Assembly: GCA_043228905.1 (NCBI GenBank)
Contig: JBHGNT010000010.1
Span: forward strand, 4,154,001 to 4,218,000
Direction: 5' to 3'
DNA: 64,000 bases
DNA from: Azolla caroliniana
Lineage: Eukaryota; Plantae; Polypodiophyta
Part shown: in pieces, positions 51,133-64,000 of the stretch
Layout: each line of letters opens with the position of its first letter
Position numbering within the stretch: the first letter of the stretch is position 1
The notes under the pieces: model-generated
The model's input: the letters and a program-made list of their open reading frames with translations, nothing else
Database searches by the model: none
Told to the model about the DNA's origin: nothing
Program-made: the position numbers and the translations under genes

Positions 51133-52433
51133 GTCGCATCATTTGATTACCCCTTTTGTAGAGCGAACCCTTATTCCCAGCTCCATGATGGTTTGGTTGC
51201 CCAAACTCCTATATCAAATCCCAAAACTGTTGGATCATTTGATTGCGCTTTTTGTAGAGGGACCCTTTCTCCTAGCTCTATGATGGTTTGGTTGCCCGAA
51301 CTCCTATATCAGATCCCAAGGCCTTTATAAAGAGATTTGCACAATTGCCCTCAGTGAAACAATTTTGCATCTCTAACATCTCCATCCAAAATGATTTCAT
51401 GTATGAAGTGGCTTCGGATCTCCATATGACTGGTCTTTACCCGTAGAACAAAAGATTTTTCACTACAATTGTCACATTTGCTCTATATATCAACAACCCA
51501 CACAATTAACTTCAAGTTTAGAAATAAGAAACGGTTCAGTTTCAACTATACTGAACCACAAAATCAAGTCTTAACAACCATGATTTAAGCGTTTTGGTTC
51601 AAGTTTGAAATTTTGTAAACATTTTATTTTGGGCAAATTGAAATTTAGATGCTTGTCATGATAAAAGTATGATCTTGAAGTTTCTTCTATGGCTTGAGCA
51701 TCACCTAAATGGTGTGAAAGACTAGCACAAACCTATAGAAGTCCAAACAACTTATCATGATTCTCCAAAGTGTAATAAGGCAACCCAATCATCATTAGCT
51801 CATGGATGGGCAAGAAGAGACACACATGTATCATGTTTTAGGTAGAGTATCATTGCTACTTCACATGCATAAAACTTCACTACTCTGCATTTTCCTTTTA
51901 TTTTACGAGGTATCATTGATTTGTTTAGTCAAATGAAAAGTTGGTGCAAAACTAACTTAGTTCATTAAAAAGAAAATCTTCACAGACATAAGTGTTACCG
52001 GCCGGCAAAGGAGTCCAGAGTGGGAAACGGAGAGTTATTTAAGTAGTAGGAATGTGGTTGTAATTAAGCTATGAGTGTGGACAGACGGACCAGAATCGGT
52101 ATGCCGTTCCGGATCCGGACCGATCCCGAATAGGTGCGGATGGCACCGTTTTGTAATACATACCGGAAACCTATTTAAAGGCCCGGATACAATGTAATGA
52201 ATGGCGGTTAATTAATAAAAGCTTAGCGTTGTTATCTCTCTGTGTTGATTGTCGTTCTGTCTTAATTGTTATATCTTACGCGTGTGATTTTGAAAGACGA
52301 TCATGCTAAGTAACTTAATTGAGTCAGATTAAGCGTTGAGTCTAATCTGGTTGCCGTAACACCCTTTGGTGAAGTGTCTTCCGTAGACACTCTGTGTTAG
52401 GCCATTGTCCGGCCCTAAGAGTTAACACAGTTT

Positions 52434-53935
52434 TTGGCGACCACGATTCCTGCTTTTGCAGCGAACGACGACACGGATGGATGTCTAGATCAACGCACGA
52501 CCTGGTTACAGATCGAACTCGACGCCTTGGCCGAAAGGCAAAGGAGACGCGAGGCTTTCCAGCAAGCAGCGCAGGAAATTAGAGCGGATCACTCGTTTTC
52601 CAACGTAATCCAGAGAGTAGCGGAGGACTCCCTCTGGTTACAGCAAACATCGCACCCGGACGACGGCAGCAGCCTAAGCAGCCTCCGGGAAACCGAATCC
52701 CTTCTCCATGCGTTGGCAAACGGAGAAGGCGAAGCAGAAGCCTTTTCAGCATATGAATCAGACTCCGAAGGGGAATACAGTGTGCACACGAACTACCGTA
52801 GCAGCAACGAAACCCCGGGCGGACCGGAGGACGAAGGATCAAATACCTTACTGACACCGGAACCGGAAGTGCTAACGCTGGAACCCCCGAAACCAGCAGA
52901 GGAAGAGCGACCTCCGACACTGGAAGTCGAAGAGGAGAGGCCTTCGTCACCAAAAGAAGAGGAAAAACCACCGACGCCGGAAACAAATCGGGAAAAACCG
53001 TGGACGCCGGAGAAAATTCCGGAACGAGCACCAACACTACCAGTCCGCGCACCGATACCAGACAACGACATGCCGTTCCAGTACTCCAAGTATAGAGATG
53101 ATCCGGACGCGGAAGCTCATGTGCACGCCTTCGAACAGACATGGGAAGCCAACCATGTGTCTCAATGATTGACCCCGGATGAAGAAGAACGCTCTAAGAT
53201 AGCGGAATTCGGCGTCACATTGGAGGGACCGGCAGCAAGATGGCGCCGGACACAGGACCCGTCTACTATCAACACCTTTGCAGAGTTAAAAGCTAAATTC
53301 TTGCATTTTTTCCAAAAGGAGGTGGACCAGACTGTAATGGTAGGCTTATTTTATACCATCCGACAAGAAGCAGGGGAGAGCATTCCCCAATTTGTCATCC
53401 GGTTTCAACGGATGCATAGTCAGCTTACCCGCGCACCCCCGGAGGAGGAATTACAGACTATATTCCTAAACGCGCTCTGGGAACCCCTACGCACGGTTTG
53501 CACGGTAATTGACTTCCGCACAAGTACCATCGACTAGGTCATTGACCGGGTGAGAGAAATGGAAAAGACAAGCTCCTGGCTTACACTGGGAGCACTCCAA
53601 TGGGCGCTACCGTCCGATGATGACCTCCGGTTTCGGCAAGCAATACAGTGCACAACCTGCTTGAATTCCGGACACTCGATCTAGAATGCACTATGAGAAC
53701 GCAATGCGTAATCTGTCAATCCAAGGGCCATACGACGAATAGGTGCGAGTATAATCTATTGAATTGGCAAGCACCGCCTGTACGACAAATTGAGCCACGC
53801 AGCAGCCAGGATGAAGAAGAGGAACGCTGGCGGCGAATGGACCGCGACCGACTAGCACAGGATGTCCGGTACGGCGAGCCGATAACTGGGGAGAATGAGG
53901 CCGGTAAGGGTTCGAGAGGACCAACGGACAAGTAA
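52434..53935 (+). pseudogene. Disrupted retrotransposon gag (acidic/Pro-rich N-region, capsid, 2x CCHC)
   Basis: In-frame stops at 53166 and 53535 and a frameshift near 53680; retrotransposon gag motifs. Confidence 0.75.
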
Positions 53936-54081
53936 CGTCACACTAATAATAATAATAACAAAAAAAAAAAAACAATCATGCAAAAGTGAGGAATGAATGG
54001 ATGAAAGAACGAGGAGCGAAAAGGTACGTAGTGGGCATTTAAAGCGCCACCAAAGGACATAATGCTATTTTAGTACACGAC

Positions 54082-54897
54082 ATGCACACACTCGAAAAAG
54101 GCGCCAGAATGCACAGACAAAAACCACTGCGCGTAGAGACCCTTTACTTTCGCGAACCCAGGAGCATAGAAGCACCAAGACGCTGCAAGATCATCAGACG
54201 AGAACCTACACATAGAGAACCCCCGCCTTCTGAACTCTCTCTCTCTCTCAACCTCACTCTCATCACCATCCAACCTCGCCACTGCAATCCGACCTCGCAA
54301 ACGCTGTCGGAAACCGCCAAGACATGGCTAAAGCAACACGGACTCGAGGGCTTCTTGATGATGATGGAAGTACCGCCACACAAAGAAGCCGACAAAGTGA
54401 TCAAAGAAATCGACACAGAGGTCATAACGGCAGAGGCGATTCGAGCGTTAACAGGCCTTCCGGAGGGAGGCATACTCACAATTGACAATCCAACCCCGGA
54501 GCAACTCATCAGGTATTTTGGTGAGTACTCTCTAGCCAGCAAGGGCTACCAGACACAGGGCGACGGAGATATGTTGTTCCGCGAAATTGCTCGTGTGCTC
54601 CACGAATACGGCCACGTGTACCCTAGACCCCCTGTCATGCCGCAAAACCGGGCAGGGATGATCATCGCCACCTATGAAGGGATCAAGGTGGATTGGCCGA
54701 TATTGATCGCAGACGGGTTGTGTGCGGCGATCGAGATCATCAGAGGCAAAGACGGCAAAGAAGGGCGAGATGGACGGAGGATATGGCACGTCGTAACACA
54801 GTGGCCCACCTTGCTTGTGCTTGGCCGGCAAAGGAGTCCAGAGTGGGAAACAAAGAGTTATTTAAGTAGTAGGAATGTGGTTGTAATTAAGCTATGA
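54082..54897 (+). CDS. Extra ORF of the LTR element, unknown function, running into the 3' LTR
   Basis: 271-aa open frame between gag and the 3' LTR (IRALTGLPEGG, IKVDWPILIA). Loosely reminiscent of accessory ORFs of non-chromovirus gypsy elements. The last ~25 codons are LTR-derived. Confidence 0.45.
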   Translation: MHTLEKGARMHRQKPLRVETLYFREPRSIEAPRRCKIIRREPTHREPPPSELSLSLNLTLITIQPRHCNPTSQTLSETAKTWLKQHGLEGFLMMMEVPPHKEADKVIKEIDTEVITAEAIRALTGLPEGGILTIDNPTPEQLIRYFGEYSLASKGYQTQGDGDMLFREIARVLHEYGHVYPRPPVMPQNRAGMIIATYEGIKVDWPILIADGLCAAIEIIRGKDGKEGRDGRRIWHVVTQWPTLLVLGRQRSPEWETKSYLSSRNVVVIKL

Positions 54898-55399
54898 GTG
54901 TAGACGGACAGACCGGAATCGGTATGCCGTTCCGGATCCGGACCGATCCCGAACAGGTACGGATGGCACCGTTTTGTAATACATACCAGAAACCTATTTA
55001 AAGGCCCGGATACAATGTAATGAATGGCGGTTAATTAATAAAAGCTTAGCGTTGTTATCTCTCTGTGTTGATTACCGTTCTGTCTTAATTGTTATATCTT
55101 ACGCGTGTGATTTTGAAAGACGATCATGCTAAGTAACTTAATTGAGTCGAATTAAGCGTTGAGTCTAATCCGATTGCCGTAACACCCTTTGGTGAAGTGT
55201 CTTCCGTAGACACTCTGTGTTAGGCCATTGTCCGGCCCTAAGAGTTAACAATAAGTATGTTAAGGAAGCCTAAAATGACTAGAATTGGAATTAGAATTTT
55301 TATCGTCTATTAAGAGGCCAAATTTGACCTATGGGACCAAAGTGTACATGTGTTCTTGATATGTGTCTCCTTCCTAAAAAGGGGTATTCATACATTGAA

Positions 55400-55770
55400 G
55401 CACAATAAGGCATGCACATATGAGCTCAACCTTCTAGGCGATGTCTTTAGTATGGCACTTAAGTAATCACTCCCTCTTAATATGTCATCACATCTTGAAT
55501 GAATTGCACTATATGTTGAGCATGTGAAGAGCAAGTGACATTCATCCTCTACCATGCCTTCATGTAAACACCTTCATTGCATAGTTTACATGCCCTCAAA
55601 TTCGTTACATTTTGATACCATAATGCAACTTTAATGCCAAACTTGTGAGATCGAGTGTGAAATAGTGTGAGGGCTCTATGAGCATTAGTGCTCATATTGG
55701 TAATGAGATAAGGTTGGATCAAATCAATAAGCATTACTAGAATGTGTAAGAGTGGAGAAACCAAACTAAA
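55400..55770 (-). mobile_element. 3'-terminal fragment of an RTE-like LINE
   Basis: Minus translation LFHTRSHKFGI...W...RACKLCNEG / MVEDECHLLFTCSTYSAI, i.e. the C-terminal CCHC module of LINE ORF2. Confidence 0.6.
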
Positions 55771-56086
55771 CACCCTAAAAATCTCATATCATTTTAGAAA
55801 AGGGGATGAAGGAATCAATAACTTTGATATACACAAAACTCTACAACATTCTCAACCAAATAGGAAGGTAAGTAGTACATGTGACAAATCCAATCTGATT
55901 GTCGACGATGATGGTGAGAATCCTTTTTGAGCATCATGAACTGACTTTATGATGTTCAAAATGCCGCTGACTGGAACCTAATATGGTTCCCTTTGTTTTT
56001 AATAGGATCTGTAAAGCTCTTGCTCAAATGACAATAAACAATCAGGACACCATTGCCAACATCAGAAACAAAATAGATAGATTCGA

Positions 56087-61176
<5,090 letters not shown>

Positions 61177-61207
61177 TGCCAAGAGAGAAAAGAGTGGAAG
61201 AGAGATG

Positions 61208-61223
61208 ATCTCTCTCTCTCCCT

Positions 61224-61282
<59 letters not shown>
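61208..61282. repeat. (CT)n microsatellite in the NTRC 5' region
   Basis: Direct observation. Confidence 0.9.
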
Positions 61283-61284
<2 letters not shown>

Positions 61285-61509
61285 AATCAGCGATGGCGGG
61301 CCCTGCTACGCACCCCCATCTGCTGGAGCATCGTAGCAGAAGAAGGAGCTTGTGGCTGGGAAGCTACCATGGCCATGGAAAGACCATCACTGCGTGTCCA
61401 CACTTGTCCGCCCAAAAAAAAAACAAAATCTTCAGGGGACATCCCAATTTCATGATTCATCGTAGCCAGGTTCCCGGACCGCCCTCCAGAGATCGCAAAT
61501 AGCCACAAA

Positions 61510-61851
61510 GCTTCAAAAGAAACTATGAGCAGATAGATTGGCATGTGTGTGTGTGTGTGTGCGCGCGCGCGCCTAAATAATCATGCGTAGAGAGGGATGA
61601 TGTAAGCTTTGAAAGAAACTATGGACATATGAAATTGATATATAAGAAGAGACTGTCATTTATAAATATGGTGCCCAGACAATCATGCACATACGGAGGT
61701 GTAGGCTTTGAAACAAACTGCGGACAAATGAAGCCGATATAAGAAGAGATTTGACATATATAAATATGGTGCCTAGATAGTCTTGCGCATACGGAGGCGT
61801 AAGGTTTGATACAAACTACGGATAAATGAAGTTGATATAAGAAGCGATTGG

Positions 61852-61904
<53 letters not shown>

Positions 61905-62230
61905 TGCCTAAACAATCGTGCGTAGAGAGGGATGTGTAAGCTTTGAAAGAAACTATGAACAGATGAAACTGATATAAGAAGAAACTAACATATATGATAT
62001 GGTGCCTAGACAGTCCTGCACATACGGAGGCATAAGCTTTGAAACAAAATATGGACAGATGAAGTTGATATAAGAAGAGACTACCATATATAAATATGGT
62101 GCCTCGACAATCAATCATGCACATATGGAGGCGTAAGCTTTGAAACAAATTGCAGATAGATGAAGTCGATATAAGAAGAGACTCACATATATAAATTTGG
62201 TACCAAAACAATGGTGCGTAGAGGGAGGCA
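61510..62230. repeat. ~98-bp tandem repeat array with embedded (GT)n tracts upstream of NTRC
   Basis: Units GA(A/T)A(C/G)AAA...GGA.A.ATGAAGTTGATATAAGAAGAG...ATAAATATGGTGCC start at ~61611, 61710, 61808, 61945, 62041 and 62142. Confidence 0.85.
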
Positions 62231-63147
62231 TCATGTTCGTCATTTGATTGGCTTTTTATGACATGAGGCTAAGTATGTGCATTGATTATGCATCTATTTG
62301 ATAGAGATGTCATGGGAACCCTAATTGATTTTGTGGTGAGTCGACAAGAGAGTCTATTTTATCGATTGTAATTAATACATTACTATTTACAGAGAGAGAG
62401 GACCTCTACATTCCATTGTGGCATGAAAGAGGCGTGCTTGTTGAGCCTTAAACACAAAGTAATAACTGACCACGTTCACCAAGGGAAGCTAGTTAGTAAA
62501 GAGAGAAAAGGAGTATCATCTTCGGATGTCAAACATGACCTTATCAATTCCTAAACTCTATCATTTTCACATAATACATGTGAATGTGACCACTGACTCT
62601 CAATATTCAAAAACTTTATGAATGAATGTCCCAATGAAGAGTACATGGTATGATTGTGAGAGAAATTCATGCAAGGATTGGATTTGGTCGAAGATGTGTG
62701 GAAAGTGATCAAAGGCAGAGAGCATTGTATCAAAGTGTGATACTCATACTCTTGAACTTGTTTAGGATTTCTCTCATTACTTGTGCCCCAACGTTTTGTC
62801 TCACATCATAATGAATATGATCTAAGTTGCATGGAAACAATAGTTTGGATAGCAAACAACAAGAGAGCCTCTGACATGTATCTATGGGTACAATTTCCCT
62901 ATTCGATGAAAAATATGGCTTTGTAGTTAGGTGCAACATATGTCATCTAACACATGAAGTGTGAGCCTCCACATCTTTCCTATGTCATGATTCATTGGCA
63001 TTGTGAAAAGGCCTCATTCATTGAGGAATCTATTCATGCATCACGACATAAGTGTGTCGCATTCTAATTTTTCCATATCTTGCATGCAACCAGAACACAA
63101 AACTTTGTTTGTTTGTTTTGCGTGCGTGCGTGTGCGTGTGTGTGTGC

Positions 63148-63200
<53 letters not shown>

Positions 63201-63201
<1 letters not shown>

Positions 63202-63290
63202 AGATGGATGTAGCTCAGTTGGTAAGGTTGCCCAATGGAGACCAGGTGGTCATGAGTTCAACCCCTACATTCCACAGTGGCATCTAGTGA
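63201..63290 (+). mobile_element. tRNA-derived SINE-like head (not a functional tRNA)
   Basis: Pol III A box TAGCTCAGTTGG (63211-63222) and B box GAGTTCAACCC (63254-63264). No good acceptor stem. Sits next to a (GA)n tract. Confidence 0.55.
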
Positions 63291-63299
63291 AATAGAGAT

Positions 63300-63397
63300 A
63301 TATATGAAGTATATAATAGAGAGGCGAGAAAATTGGGTTTCGAACCCAAGACACAATGCTTGTAGTGTTATCGACTTACCACTAGGGTAAGCTAATT
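63300..63397 (-). mobile_element. Second tRNA-derived SINE-like head, opposite orientation
   Basis: Minus strand has A-box-like TACCCTAGTGGT and B box GGGTTCGAAACCC at tRNA-like spacing. Confidence 0.45.
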
Positions 63398-64000
63398 ACA
63401 AGAGAGAGAGAGAGAGATGGCATCCATGTGAGTATTTCCACCTAGAGGATTCTATAAATACGTTGGATGCATCCCCTTAGGTAGTTCCATCTATGAAGTA
63501 ATGGCAACAATACAACCTATTTTGGAAGGAAGAGGAAGATGGGTCATCGTGATGTGGCTACTAGACTAAATTCATAGACTAATACATCGTGATGTGGCAC
63601 ATGATATACAACATGATCTCGTCTAGTTCCTCTAGTATGAAGAAGACATACACCAAAGGCCCAAGGATTTCTCTCTTAAGATAAAATTGTGTCATGCCTT
63701 CCTACGTTTTTTGATCATTTATATTGTACAATGTAGACCACATGTAGAGCTCGAAAGGATTTTGAAAGTAAGCATTAATATTGAATTGAGGTGGAATGCA
63801 ACTTTTTCAGTCATGTGGCTTGTTACACAACATTGCACTGGATATACAACAATTGTGTAATTATTGTGAGTTTGGCTTTATAACATGACTCATACATCGA
63901 TCATTATAGCTTTTTGTCAAACAATCACAAATTTCACAAAATCAAATTTACACTCGTATTAATTAACCTTTGATTCTAATTATTTGCATGATCAAACCTT

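Larger units (their letters stand above)
51993..55250 (+). mobile_element. Non-autonomous Ty3/gypsy-type LTR element: gag plus an extra ORF, no pol
   Basis: ~435-bp LTRs at 51993-52427 and ~54816-55250. 5-bp TSD ATAAG. PBS TGGCGACCAC (complementary to a tRNA-Arg 3' end) at 52435. Gag core FGVTLEGPAARW...TFAELKAKFL and two Zn knuckles (CTTCLNSGH, CVICQSKGHTTNRC), with stops. No PR/RT/RH/IN motifs. Confidence 0.88.

Noticed and set aside
62300-63100. Possible minus-strand copia gag relic
   Set aside because: No diagnostic motif or LTR/TSD could be established by eye.
63201-63290. Functional tRNA gene
   Set aside because: A and B boxes are present but there is no convincing acceptor or anticodon stem pairing; better explained as a SINE head.

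Overview
Eukaryotic, AT-rich, intron-containing land-plant nuclear DNA. Gene and transposon types suggest a fern or other non-seed plant; this is inference. Four spliced host genes can be rebuilt exon by exon from GT-AG junctions and reading frame: a plastid DUF760 protein (6964-15277, +), a HOL-type thiol/halide methyltransferase (16733-23857, -), an ABCG11-like half-size ABC transporter (39293-48703, +) and NTRC (56087-61176, -). NTRC carries an apparent ~26-nt frameshifting deletion in its thioredoxin domain. Intergenic and intronic space is rich in transposons: an intact, very young Ty1/copia element (31799-37143, apparently identical 616-bp LTRs); a pol-less gypsy-type element with gag plus an unknown extra ORF (51993-55250); an L1-type LINE with a twin-priming-style 5' inversion (25466-29685); a MITE-in-LINE-in-gypsy nest (1-6000); several 8-bp-TSD hAT-type MITEs; decayed copia and LINE relics; tRNA-derived SINE-like heads; and minisatellites. 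The most unusual signal is an array of copies of the DUF760 exon-3 splice acceptor inside intron 2, two of which form in-frame 42-nt candidate cassette exons. No CRISPR array or prokaryotic system is evident.
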